A stretch of 64,000 bases of DNA from positions 305,500 to 369,499 of the forward strand of contig CAVWSS010000006.1 in the NCBI GenBank assembly GCA_963757885.1, in the 5' to 3' direction. Of this stretch, positions 9,580 to 18,429 are shown piece after piece; within the stretch, counting starts at the first letter, position 1; every line of letters begins with the position of its first letter. The stretch comes from an uncultured Acidobacteriota bacterium (GTDB lineage: Bacteria; Acidobacteriota; Terriglobia; Acidiferrales; UBA7541). The notes under the pieces are model-generated. The model was given only the letters and a program-made list of their open reading frames with translations. It searched no databases and was not told the origin of the DNA. The position numbers and the translations under genes are program-made.

Positions 9580-12500
9580 CTACTCACTCAAATTTGAGAA
9601 AATCTGCCGCGACTTCCCGCGTCCGCGATTCTCTAGCGCCGCCACTCTTAGCCGCCTTCCAAAGTGGGCCAACATCTTCCGCAACTTCGCACGCTCGTCC
9701 AAGTCCATTTCCACCAACTCAAATGCCCGCGCCTGCGTGTTCGCGTCCCGCACAATCGCTTGCGCCTTCACTGACTTGGACCGCGGATTCAGCCGCAGCG
9801 TCACTACCGTGCCCGGATGCAGCCGCTGGTCGCTCAACGCCACGCCGCCGCCCAAATTCATTTCTGGCACTGTCACGTCGCAATTCTCTTTCAAATCCAC
9901 GGTCGAGGCTGGAATTGGATCGTCAAACCGCAGCCGCAAATAGCGCCGCTGCCTCACCCAGTTCGAAGCCGGATCTGGGTCCAACGGCTCCAAGGCCAAC
10001 TCATCCGCATTCAATCCGCTCTTGGGCAGGAAATAATTCATCCACTCGGGATCGATGCGCTCCATGGCCTGCGCCGCCACCGTGCGCAATTCCTGCTGCG
10101 AAACCCATCGCCACATTTGCTTCTCTTCCAAAATCTTCCGCAGCACTTTTTCCGCGCCTGCGGTCCGCAAACGTCCCAGCGCTTCAATCGCCTTCAGCTG
10201 CAAATACGGCGTCGCGCCCTGCGGCAAATCGCCTTCGGCCAGCCGGATCAACCGCGCTTCCGCGTCGCGCTCGCCCGCCAGCCCAATTTCATCGATCGCC
10301 AGCGGCTGCACGAAGCTGTCCAGATTGTCGAAAATATCCAGCAGCAAACGGCCCCGTTCCGGCGCGCCGCTACCCGCCAATTGCCGCACGACTCTGTCGT
10401 GTGACGACCGCGGAAATTCCTTCAGCCGCTTCGCCAACAGGAAATCCAGCGTGGCCAGATCGGTCCGCGCCAAAATTCCCACAGTGTCTACCGCCGCATT
10501 CGCTGAGCCGGTATTCAGAACCTCGCGCAAATGGCTGTGCGCCTCCGGCCCCAAATTCTTCAGCGTTTCCAGAGCTAGGTCTGCATCCTCGCGGAACCCG
10601 CTGCGCCCAAACTTCTGCGCCAAAAGTTCCGCCGACGCGCCCGGAACCCGCCTCATCAGCGTCATCAAGCCGGTCGGTACGCTTCCCGACCGCATCGCAT
10701 CATCCAGAAAATCCGCCATGCGGCTTTCCACTTCCACGCGCCCGCGCAAGTTCTTCGCTGCCGCCGGAGCCTCCGCCTCGATGTACTCCACCAGTTCCGA
10801 CGCGCGCTGCATCCCGGCGTAGGACCGCCGTATGCCCGCTTCTTGCGCCAGCCGCACAAACGCCGCGCTCACCAGGCTCCGCAGGTCCGCATCTTTTTCT
10901 TCGCTGAGCTGCACGCCCACTTCCCGAATCGTGGCGACAAATAGCGGCTCATCGAACGATCCATACGAAGGCGCCAATTCCGCAATTCCCAGCGCCGCCG
11001 AGCGCCGTGCGTCCGGCTTCTCGTTCCGGATGCACTCCGCGAAGTTCCGCAAGATATCCTTGACCTTGCCCTCTTCGCCCTTCTTGGTCAGCGCTTCGAT
11101 CGTCGACCGTACATTCGAAATCGGAATGCACCACGCATTCGACGAAAGCAAAATTTCCTGCCGCTTCTCTTCGGGCACTTCCTCCCAGAATTGGTCGGCC
11201 AGCATTTCGGACAGCGGCTGCACTCTCAAGCCCGCCTCGACCATCTTCTCTTCGTGCTTGCCTAGAATCTTGCGCAGGCTCGCGATCTCGCGACTCATTC
11301 CATGCAACATCTGCCGCACCGCGTCCACTTCCACATCGCCGCGTTCAAAGCTTTCCAGCGCGAACCGAATAGCCACCTGCTCCGCCAGCCGCATCAACGT
11401 TGGCTGATCCGCCGATTCGACCGGCGCGTTGGCCGCCATCGCATTCAACGCTTGCGCCAGCGTGAGTCGCGATTTCTTCGGCAGCAGCGCCACTCGCGTC
11501 TGAAATTCTCGCGTCTGCTCGTCCGTGCTTTCCACTTCCTTGCTTACCCGCGCCACGTGCCGCAGCATTTTCAGAATGCCCTGCAGCTCCTCATGGCTCA
11601 TTCCCACCAAACCCGTTTCAACCAGCGTTTCGTCCGCCATGAACGTCGCCGGCGCCTGCACCATCGTGCCGCCGGACACTAGTTCTTGGGCTGTAACTCC
11701 CGTAAAGAACGACGCACCCGCTGGAATTAGCGATTTGCGATCCTTCCGCCGCGATCCCGACCGCACCACGCGCGGCTTGGGTAGCTTGGCAATGTCTTCC
11801 GGCACCGTCGCATCCGACGCGCCCTCAATGCCCTCTTCGAAATCTCCCTCGTCGCCGTAATCCTGATCGTCCATCGCGCCCAGAAAGTCTGCCGGGCTTG
11901 CGGAATTTTGCGTATCTGTGGCCGCTACATCCGCCCCGCTGCCCGCCTGCGCCTGTCCATTCGCCGGACGACGCCGCCGCTTCGATCCAAATCCCCGCTT
12001 CGCCGCAGCCGATCCCGGCGCCAGCATCCCTTCCGGCTCTACCGACCCGTCTCCGCCAACATTCGGTCGCGTGCCTTCCGCCGCCGTAATCAGCTGTAGC
12101 AACCTGTGCGGATCGGAAAAAACTTCGTTGTACTTGCCCTCTTGCAGCCCAAAAGTCTTGGCCGCCAGCGTCGCCGCGACTCCGCCCTTGATCACCGCTG
12201 AATCCGCCGGCACAAAGCAAATCTCGTTAATCTGAATCCCAGGATCGTCTTCCAACGCGGTCTTGAGCTGCATTGCCAGCGCAGACGGCTTCGCTCCGCC
12301 CGTGGGGAAAGCCTTCACCAACGTCGCCAAACTGTGTTGGGTAACTTTCGGGGAAAAGTGAATGCTGGCGATGCCCGCGCTCGATAGCAGCCTGGCAAAA
12401 CTCTTTTCCGCGGCTGCCGACTCGAGTGGAACTCCGTCTAGTAGCAACTGGTCGCCGGAAGCGGAGAGCAGCAAACCCGCCTCGTCTTGCAACCCAATCG

Positions 12501-12645
12501 CATTTTTCAGTTCGCCCCACGCTGTTTCATATTGGGCCGCCGTTCTCGGATGCCCGAAATCGTACAAGCGCGCGAACTTGAGCAGAATGTTTAGGCTTCG
12601 CACAAAGTTGCGAGCCGACGCCGATCTGACGTTTGTAGTTTTCAT
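9580..12645 (-). CDS. Large HEAT/ARM-like repeat protein with disordered linker and C-terminal PilZ-like domain
   Basis: 1021 aa. The centre has helical repeats (ARRSAALGIAELAP.., LQLKAIEALGRLRTAGAEKVLRKILEE). The C-terminus has RQRRYLRLRF...EMNLGGGVAL, a PilZ-type pattern. Confidence 0.7.
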   Translation of the reverse strand: MKTTNVRSASARNFVRSLNILLKFARLYDFGHPRTAAQYETAWGELKNAIGLQDEAGLLLSASGDQLLLDGVPLESAAAEKSFARLLSSAGIASIHFSPKVTQHSLATLVKAFPTGGAKPSALAMQLKTALEDDPGIQINEICFVPADSAVIKGGVAATLAAKTFGLQEGKYNEVFSDPHRLLQLITAAEGTRPNVGGDGSVEPEGMLAPGSAAAKRGFGSKRRRRPANGQAQAGSGADVAATDTQNSASPADFLGAMDDQDYGDEGDFEEGIEGASDATVPEDIAKLPKPRVVRSGSRRKDRKSLIPAGASFFTGVTAQELVSGGTMVQAPATFMADETLVETGLVGMSHEELQGILKMLRHVARVSKEVESTDEQTREFQTRVALLPKKSRLTLAQALNAMAANAPVESADQPTLMRLAEQVAIRFALESFERGDVEVDAVRQMLHGMSREIASLRKILGKHEEKMVEAGLRVQPLSEMLADQFWEEVPEEKRQEILLSSNAWCIPISNVRSTIEALTKKGEEGKVKDILRNFAECIRNEKPDARRSAALGIAELAPSYGSFDEPLFVATIREVGVQLSEEKDADLRSLVSAAFVRLAQEAGIRRSYAGMQRASELVEYIEAEAPAAAKNLRGRVEVESRMADFLDDAMRSGSVPTGLMTLMRRVPGASAELLAQKFGRSGFREDADLALETLKNLGPEAHSHLREVLNTGSANAAVDTVGILARTDLATLDFLLAKRLKEFPRSSHDRVVRQLAGSGAPERGRLLLDIFDNLDSFVQPLAIDEIGLAGERDAEARLIRLAEGDLPQGATPYLQLKAIEALGRLRTAGAEKVLRKILEEKQMWRWVSQQELRTVAAQAMERIDPEWMNYFLPKSGLNADELALEPLDPDPASNWVRQRRYLRLRFDDPIPASTVDLKENCDVTVPEMNLGGGVALSDQRLHPGTVVTLRLNPRSKSVKAQAIVRDANTQARAFELVEMDLDERAKLRKMLAHFGRRLRVAALENRGRGKSRQIFSNLSE

Positions 12646-12894
12646 GGGAAATCGACCTATTTTCCCTTAGCCGCAGGATTTATCCGCTAAAATATTGAAT
12701 CCGGCAGGCTTAAGCGACAATGGTACGCAAGTACCAACTGACTGGAATCATTGGACTTAGCACCGTTTTGGGAATTAGCAGTACCTTCTTCGTTAACTTG
12801 CTCCATTCCACTTGCTTAACCATACCGCCTACGTACCAGTACCCACCATAGCGGACGTAGTTTTTCGACGAGGAATTTCTCGAAGGTGATTTTA

Positions 12895-12953
12895 GGTGCC
12901 CATGGGCCGCCTTTGCCCGTGGGGATTTTCAGCCAACCTGCGGGGTCCAAAAC
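12895..12953 (+). repeat. Hairpin repeat R2 (type I tail)
   Basis: ggtgcccatgggccgcctttgcccgtgggga-ttttcagccaacctgcggggtccaaaac. Confidence 0.8.
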
Positions 12954-12986
12954 TACGCAGACTTCTTGCTGTCGAATTTGCTTCTC

Positions 12987-13040
12987 GGGACGCCACCCCT
13001 CGGCTTTAGGGGTGGATTGCTACTACCGAAGACTTTGAGG
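12987..13040 (+). repeat. Hairpin repeat R3 (degenerate type II tail)
   Basis: gggacgccacccct-cggcttt-aggggtgga-ttgctactaccgaagactttgagg. The stem is ccacccct/aggggtgg. Confidence 0.6.
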
Positions 13041-13072
13041 AAACTCCACCGTGATTGGCGACGTCTCGACTT

Positions 13073-13810
13073 CTACTTTCTCTTCTCCAGCCACCCCTCC
13101 AACCCCCTCACATCACTCAACACCACCAACGCGCCCAGCTCTTCCAGCCTCTTCAACCTCAACTTCCTTGCCGCACTCCGGTATGGCAACAATCCCACAA
13201 ACGGCACCTTTCCCGCTCGCGCCGCCTTCGCGTCATCAACATTGTCTCCCAGATAAATCCCACGCGACGGTTCTCTCTTCCGCAACGCCACCAGCAATCC
13301 CTCCGGATCTGGCTTCCCTTTCTTCACATCCTCCGCGGTCACAATCCGGCCAAAAAATCCCCGCATCTTCAGCCCATCCAGCGTGTGATTCAGCTCTCGC
13401 CGCGTCCGCCCAGTAAACAAAGCCAATTCCGCACGCGTCCCGAGCCTCCGCAACGACGGCTTCGACAGCAGCCATTTCTCCCGCCGCACATTTCCCGGCG
13501 CCTCAATTCCCCAATAAATCTCCTCAAATCTCTTTTTCACTTCCTCGAACGGCCTCTTCACTCCCAGCTTGTTGACCCACACATGCGAAAGCTTCCAGTC
13601 GTCGTTAAATCCCGGCTTGTTCTTCCACGTGTGCACCTGCGCCATGGTCACGCGCTTCCCGGTAAAAAATTTCACCGTCTCGATCACCGTTCGCAAAAAC
13701 GACTCGCTCACGTCGACCAGCACGCCGTCCACATCAAAAATAATAATTTCTGGGAATGGGAACTTGCCGGTGGGAACTTTTCGAACTCGCTCCGTGCCTC
13801 TTTCACGCAC
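13073..13810 (-). CDS. HAD-superfamily hydrolase (phosphatase-like)
   Basis: 245 aa. Motif I is IIFDVDGVLVD. The C-terminal motif is GDNVDDAKAA. Confidence 0.8.
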   Translation of the reverse strand: MRERGTERVRKVPTGKFPFPEIIIFDVDGVLVDVSESFLRTVIETVKFFTGKRVTMAQVHTWKNKPGFNDDWKLSHVWVNKLGVKRPFEEVKKRFEEIYWGIEAPGNVRREKWLLSKPSLRRLGTRAELALFTGRTRRELNHTLDGLKMRGFFGRIVTAEDVKKGKPDPEGLLVALRKREPSRGIYLGDNVDDAKAARAGKVPFVGLLPYRSAARKLRLKRLEELGALVVLSDVRGLEGWLEKRK

Positions 13811-13833
13811 GGGCCTGACTTTTTTCTTCGCTG

Positions 13834-15234
13834 CTACGATTGGGACCCTTCTGAAGCTTCCTTCGCGCCCGTATGCTCGCCTGCATCCTCATCTGAGTGC
13901 TCTTCATCCCCGCTCGCCGCAGCCACTTCATTCTCCTCGCGAGCCTCTACCGCCTGTTCTTCGTGGGCTACTTCGTGCGCCTGATTCACTTCGCCGCTTG
14001 GACCCTCGTTACCCTTTTCCTTATTGGCCGGCTCGCCAAAATCCGGAGGCGCCTGCTCCTGCCCGCCACCTGCTGCCTGCGGCTCATGCTCTTCGCGCAT
14101 TTCCACTTTCGGCTGCTCTTCCTTTGTCTCGTATGCTTCCTTGGCCTGCTGTGTGGCTTCTGGAGCCTTTTCCGCCTTCGGCTGCGGCTTTTCTCGCTCT
14201 TCCTTTGCCGCGACTTCCTTCCCCGCCGCAGCCGCTTCCTTCGACGCGCCCTTCTCCACTCCTGCCGCATCCGCCGCACTCTCAGCCGTTTCCGCGGCCA
14301 CAGCTGCCGTAGCCGCGCGCAGCGTCTCCAAACGCAGCGCCATCAGCTCCCCAATCATCTCCACCAGCATCTTCGCCGCTTCGCCGTCCGCATCCTTCTC
14401 CGGATTGAACGCCGCAATATCAATCGCTGCCAGGTGCTTATCCTGGACAAAAACTTCCAGTGCCTCGCGCACTTCGTCCCGCGTCAACCCGCCCTGCCCT
14501 GGATAATCCGTCGCCGCAAAGTCCGCCATCACGTCCACGTCAAAATGCAAAATAAAGTCGTTCCGGCTGGCGTGAACTCGCTCCAAAGCCAGCTTGGCTG
14601 CTGCCGCTGCTCCTTTGCGCTTAACCTCCGTTGCCGGAAAATTCTTCAAGGGATACTTCTGCAGCAATTGCTCCTCCGGCGGATCGAATCGATCCGCTCC
14701 AAAAATCGCCAAATCCGGATCGCGCACCAGCGGAGGCTCGCCCCAGAATCGCACCAGCTCCGCCGCCCCGCGCCCCGTTAAATGCGCCACCGCCATTCCA
14801 TCCACGCATCCCGACGGAGTCGTCGCTGGCACATTCAAATCGGCGTCGCGATCCACCCAAATCATGCTCACATTGTGAAAATATCGCCGCACGCCCGCCA
14901 CCGTGGCCAGCGCGCTCGTACAATCGCCCGTCAGAACAATCGGAAGCGCACCCGTCTTCACCGCTGCTTCCACTCGCGGACGCAAACTCTCCAGAGATTT
15001 GACGATTGCCTTCAGGTTTCTTGCGCGTGGATTGTCCGGATCGGGTTCCGACAAATGCGTCGGGTCGTCCCCATGATCCGCCACTTCATATCCGGCCGAT
15101 TTCAGCCGGTCGACAATTCCCGCCGACCTCAGCGCCGCCGGTGCCCGCTCGTGCCCACGCGACATTGCCGCCGCGCTGGTGGGCACTCCCAACAGCACAA
15201 TCTTCTCCGGATGGCGCATGATCTTGACCGCCAT
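13834..15234 (-). CDS. Arginase/ureohydrolase-fold protein with divergent metal-ligand motifs and a ~150-aa E/A/K-rich C-terminal tail
   Basis: 466 aa. Segments LTGDCTSALAT, IWVDRDADLNVPATTPSGCVDG and LHFDVDVMADF align to the arginase motifs GGDHS, DAHxDxN..SGN.HG and DVDxLDP. Confidence 0.7.
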   Translation of the reverse strand: MAVKIMRHPEKIVLLGVPTSAAAMSRGHERAPAALRSAGIVDRLKSAGYEVADHGDDPTHLSEPDPDNPRARNLKAIVKSLESLRPRVEAAVKTGALPIVLTGDCTSALATVAGVRRYFHNVSMIWVDRDADLNVPATTPSGCVDGMAVAHLTGRGAAELVRFWGEPPLVRDPDLAIFGADRFDPPEEQLLQKYPLKNFPATEVKRKGAAAAAKLALERVHASRNDFILHFDVDVMADFAATDYPGQGGLTRDEVREALEVFVQDKHLAAIDIAAFNPEKDADGEAAKMLVEMIGELMALRLETLRAATAAVAAETAESAADAAGVEKGASKEAAAAGKEVAAKEEREKPQPKAEKAPEATQQAKEAYETKEEQPKVEMREEHEPQAAGGGQEQAPPDFGEPANKEKGNEGPSGEVNQAHEVAHEEQAVEAREENEVAAASGDEEHSDEDAGEHTGAKEASEGSQS

Positions 15235-15284
15235 GCTTGACTCCAGTTTAAGTCTTGCGTTTGGTTCGCGTTTGGTTCGTGTTG

Positions 15285-16265
15285 CTAGCGCGAGCCTTGG
15301 CGTGCGGCCAGTTCAGGCGGCAGCGTAAACCGCACATCCTCACGGATCAGGTCCAAGTCCCGCTGGTTTGTGAACCCGAAGGTCGCCAATCTCTGGCTCA
15401 CCTGCTCCACCAGCACTTCTGGCGCCGACGCCCCAGCCGTCAGCCCCAAGTTCTGAACCCCTTCGAGCCACTCGGATTCAATGTCATTTGCATCTTCGAT
15501 CAGGCGCGAGGCCACGCCCGCTCGTTTGGCCACTTCCACTAGCCGGTTTGAGTTCGAGCTGTTCGCCGAGCCCACCACCAGTATCAAATCCACTTCTCTG
15601 GTCAATGCTTCCACCGCTTCCTGCCGGTTCTGCGTCGCGTAACAAATATCGTCCGACGCCGGACCCACAATCGACGGGAACCGCTCGCGCAGCTTAGCCA
15701 CAATTTCCTGCGTGTCATACAGGGACAAAGTCGTTTGCGTCAGGAAAGCCAGCCGTTCCGGGTCGGCCACCCTCAATCCCTCGGCCTCTTCCACCGTGCC
15801 GACCACCACCGTCTGCAACGGCGCTTCTCCCGACGTACCCACAATCTCCTGGTGATCCTTATGACCGATCAAAATCAGCGTACGTCCCTCGCGCGCAAAC
15901 TTCAGCGCCTCCAGGTGCACCTTGGTCACTAGCGGGCACGTCGCATCGATCACCTGCAGCTTCCGATCCTTCGCCTCGTCGCGCACTCGGGGCGGCACTC
16001 CATGCGCGCTAAACACCAGCACCGCGCCCTCGGGCACCTCGCCAATCGACTCCACAAAGATCGCCCCGCGGCGCCTCAACTGGTCCACCACATAGCGGTT
16101 GTGCACAATCTCATGGTGTACATAAACCGGCCGCCCAAACGCCTCCAGCGCCAGTTCCACAATATCCACCGCGCGCACTACGCCCGCGCAAAATCCCCGC
16201 GGCCGCACCCGCACTAGCGTCTTAACCCCTTGCGAAGTAAGACCTTGTATTTGTGTCAGAGACAA
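15285..16265 (-). CDS. ispH: 4-hydroxy-3-methylbut-2-enyl diphosphate reductase
   Basis: 326 aa with RPRGFCAGVVRAVDIVE, HEIVHN and ATCPLVTKVH motifs typical of IspH/LytB. Confidence 0.9.
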   Translation of the reverse strand: MSLTQIQGLTSQGVKTLVRVRPRGFCAGVVRAVDIVELALEAFGRPVYVHHEIVHNRYVVDQLRRRGAIFVESIGEVPEGAVLVFSAHGVPPRVRDEAKDRKLQVIDATCPLVTKVHLEALKFAREGRTLILIGHKDHQEIVGTSGEAPLQTVVVGTVEEAEGLRVADPERLAFLTQTTLSLYDTQEIVAKLRERFPSIVGPASDDICYATQNRQEAVEALTREVDLILVVGSANSSNSNRLVEVAKRAGVASRLIEDANDIESEWLEGVQNLGLTAGASAPEVLVEQVSQRLATFGFTNQRDLDLIREDVRFTLPPELAARQGSR

Positions 16266-16378
16266 TTCTACCTACCTCAATCACAATATCTTAGCCGAAA
16301 CCCCTCCCCCTCGCCACCGCATTTAGACGCCCCCGCCCCACTCCCGTTTCGCCACTGCTTTTGACGTTTCCCGGTTTT

Positions 16379-16440
16379 GGGTGCCCCATGGGCCGCCTTT
16401 GCCCGTGGGGAATTACACCCAAGGTCCGGGGTCCAAAAAA
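16379..16440 (+). repeat. Hairpin repeat R4 (type I tail)
   Basis: gggtgccccatgggccgcctttgcccgtgggga-attacacccaaggtccggggtccaaaaaa. Confidence 0.85.
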
Positions 16441-16456
16441 TACTTCAAGCTTTTTC

Positions 16457-16519
16457 GGGTGCCCCACTTTCTGGTTTTAGAAAGTGGGAAGGAATGTAAT
16501 TCAAAGCCTTTGACTTGGC
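16457..16519 (+). repeat. Hairpin repeat R5 (type II tail, short form; reference copy)
   Basis: gggtgcccc-actttct-ggtttt-agaaagt-gggaaggaatgtaattcaaagcctttgacttgg. It has a perfect 10-bp stem. Confidence 0.85.
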
Positions 16520-16570
16520 CTTTTCCTTCCTCCTAATGCTACATTCCCAAAGTTTTCTAGGAGTAATTCC

Positions 16571-17353
16571 ATGCGCCTCCCCGGCAAAATCGCCATCATT
16601 ACCGGTGCCGGTCGCGGCATCGGCCGCGCCATCGCCAAAAAATTCGCCGCCGAAGGCGCCTCCGTCCTCCTCACTGCCCGCACTGACTCCGAACTCAAAG
16701 ACTCGCTTCACGAAATCCAATCCTCCGGCGGCAAAGCCATCACCCTCGTCGCCGACGTCTCCCAGCCCAAAGCCTGCGAACTCATTTTCCGCGCCGCCCG
16801 CGACACCTTCGGCCCCGTCGACATCCTCGTCAACAACGCCGGCATTTACGGCCACGTCCTTCCTCTCGAAGAGGTCACCGTCGAAGAATGGGACGAAGTT
16901 ATGGCCGTCAACCTCCGTGGCCCCTTCCTCCTCTCCAAACTCGTCCTCCCCGAAATGTACGAGCGCCATTCCGGCTCGATCGTCAACATCACTTCCATCG
17001 CCGGCAAAGCAGCCTTCGGACTCAACGGGCCCTACGCCACTTCCAAAGCCGGGCTCGCCGGCCTCACTCGCACTCTCGCCGGCGAAGCCGCCCGCAAAGG
17101 CGTTCGCGTCAACGCCATCAGCCCCGGCCCAGTCACTTCCACCAAAATGTCTCAGGATTTGGGCCGCGGCCTGGTCGAACGTTTCAAAACCACGCCCGAC
17201 GTACTCATGACCAAAATGCTCGATGGGGTGCTGCAAGGTAGGCCACAAACAGAAGAGGAAATTGCCGATGCTGCCCTGTTTCTCGCTTCTGACGAATCGT
17301 CCGCGATTACCGGGCAGACTCTGAACGTTGATGGCGGAATGGCTTTTTACTGA
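16571..17353 (+). CDS. Short-chain dehydrogenase/reductase (FabG-like)
   Basis: 260 aa with TGAGRGIGRAIA, NNAG and YATSKAG motifs. Confidence 0.9.
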   Translation: MRLPGKIAIITGAGRGIGRAIAKKFAAEGASVLLTARTDSELKDSLHEIQSSGGKAITLVADVSQPKACELIFRAARDTFGPVDILVNNAGIYGHVLPLEEVTVEEWDEVMAVNLRGPFLLSKLVLPEMYERHSGSIVNITSIAGKAAFGLNGPYATSKAGLAGLTRTLAGEAARKGVRVNAISPGPVTSTKMSQDLGRGLVERFKTTPDVLMTKMLDGVLQGRPQTEEEIADAALFLASDESSAITGQTLNVDGGMAFY

Positions 17354-17523
17354 ATCGTCTGCGAGCGCCAACCATCCGCGCCGGATCAATTCCGCCGATT
17401 TATTGAAGAACTTCTTCGCCAAAGGTCCCGCAGCTTCGATCCCGCGATCCGCGTAGCGCACCATTTCGCGCCATACTCGCACCGCCAGCACGCCGGCTTC
17501 GCGCAAATACGGCCGCGCTGCGA

Positions 17524-17955
17524 TCATTCCCGCGCTTCGCCGTCACTGCGATCCACCGCGCAAACGCGCCTAATTCCTTCGCTCCGCGCTCCGCCGCTCG
17601 CGCCGCAAACGGTCCCGCCCAGTTCCACGCCGCGCTTTCCCGCATCCACTGACGCGGTAATTCCCTCTTTGGTCAGCTCGCCAACTTTTTGCGCATACGG
17701 TTCGGCCAAATCCATCCCGCGCTCACCCGCCGACCCAAGCCCATAAAGCACCAGCGCCAACACGAAGAAAACCGCGAATCCCAAGCCAAAAAGCAGCTCC
17801 AGCACGATCAACTCACGCACAAAATAGAGCTGCAGAAATAAAATAATTACTACAGCCCACCAGATTGTTCGCTTGAGTTTCCGCCGCGCCGCTGGGTCTT
17901 TGGGAAGAAAATCTGAAAACCAATTGCTGTAACTATGCGCCATTTCCGCCTTCAA
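17524..17955 (-). CDS. Small membrane protein, unknown function; C-terminal third looks out of frame (see findings)
   Basis: 143 aa with two clear TM helices (IWWAVVIILFLQLYF, LLFGLGFAVFFVLALVLYGL). The last ~40 aa are Gly/Arg-rich and look like junk. Confidence 0.5.
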   Translation of the reverse strand: MKAEMAHSYSNWFSDFLPKDPAARRKLKRTIWWAVVIILFLQLYFVRELIVLELLFGLGFAVFFVLALVLYGLGSAGERGMDLAEPYAQKVGELTKEGITASVDAGKRGVELGGTVCGASGGARSEGIRRVCAVDRSDGEARE

Positions 17956-18228
17956 ATACTCAGGGACATTGGATGCAAATGCACGTCCAAAGACCTAGAA
18001 ATCGCGCGCACTGTGGAAAGCACTTAGCAAAGTCCTAGGACTATAAACACCTTTCTTGCCAGTACTTCCTTGCACAATTCCGGAAATCCCTTCGGCTCCA
18101 TACATTCCGTTACATCTCCTCCTACCACTCCCAAATATTAATCAACTCTGCCCTTCCTTCTTCACCTCCACGTAAGTGCACAATTACAAAGTCGCATTCG
18201 ATGTTGATGTTGAATTAGCCGTTTCTGT

Positions 18229-18273
18229 GGGTGTCTCACCTGCCGGTTCTGCGGGTGGGGATTTTGCGCGCGG
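18229..18273 (+). repeat. Hairpin repeat R6 (type I-like, diverged head)
   Basis: gggtgtctcacctgc-cggttct-gcgggtgggga-ttttgcgcgcgg. The stem pairs with two U.G wobbles. Confidence 0.6.
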
Positions 18274-18340
18274 ATAGCCTTATCTCTCCCATGCGCGTTT
18301 CCGCCTGGAAACTAGTTTTCCTGAATTTGATTTTGTTTCT

Positions 18341-18396
18341 GGGTGCCCCACCCTTCGGTTTTAAGGGTGGGTGGCAATCATTGATGACCTTGGCGA
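18341..18396 (+). repeat. Hairpin repeat R7 (degenerate type II tail)
   Basis: gggtgccccaccctt-cggtttt-aagggtgggt-ggcaatcattgatgaccttggcg. Confidence 0.7.
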
Positions 18397-18429
18397 CTCT
18401 CTTCTATCTTTCACTCAAAAAATGAAAAT

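Noticed and set aside
9594-10907. 437-aa + strand ORF (also 9817..10404, 10055..10822, 10832..11407).
   Set aside because: It is antisense to the well-supported 1021-aa PilZ/HEAT gene. It is Pro/Ala/Ser/Arg-rich with no motifs. This is the typical stop-free antisense frame of GC-rich coding DNA.
13055-14781. Long + strand ORFs (13055..13984, 13569..14312, 13897..14781).
   Set aside because: They are antisense to the HAD and arginase-fold genes. They have Pro/Arg/Leu-rich low complexity mirroring the E/A/K-rich tail codons.
16445-17527. 360-aa minus-strand ORF.
   Set aside because: Most of it is antisense to the SDR gene 16571..17353 and is Gly/Ala/Asp/Glu-rich junk. Its 3' end runs through repeats R4 and R5. 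Only its first ~55 codons are discussed, as part of the 17354-17955 problem.
18031-18042. 12-bp perfect palindrome AGTCCTAGGACT upstream of gene 17955.
   Set aside because: It is short and occurs once. It contains a CCTAGG site and could arise by chance. There is no supporting context.
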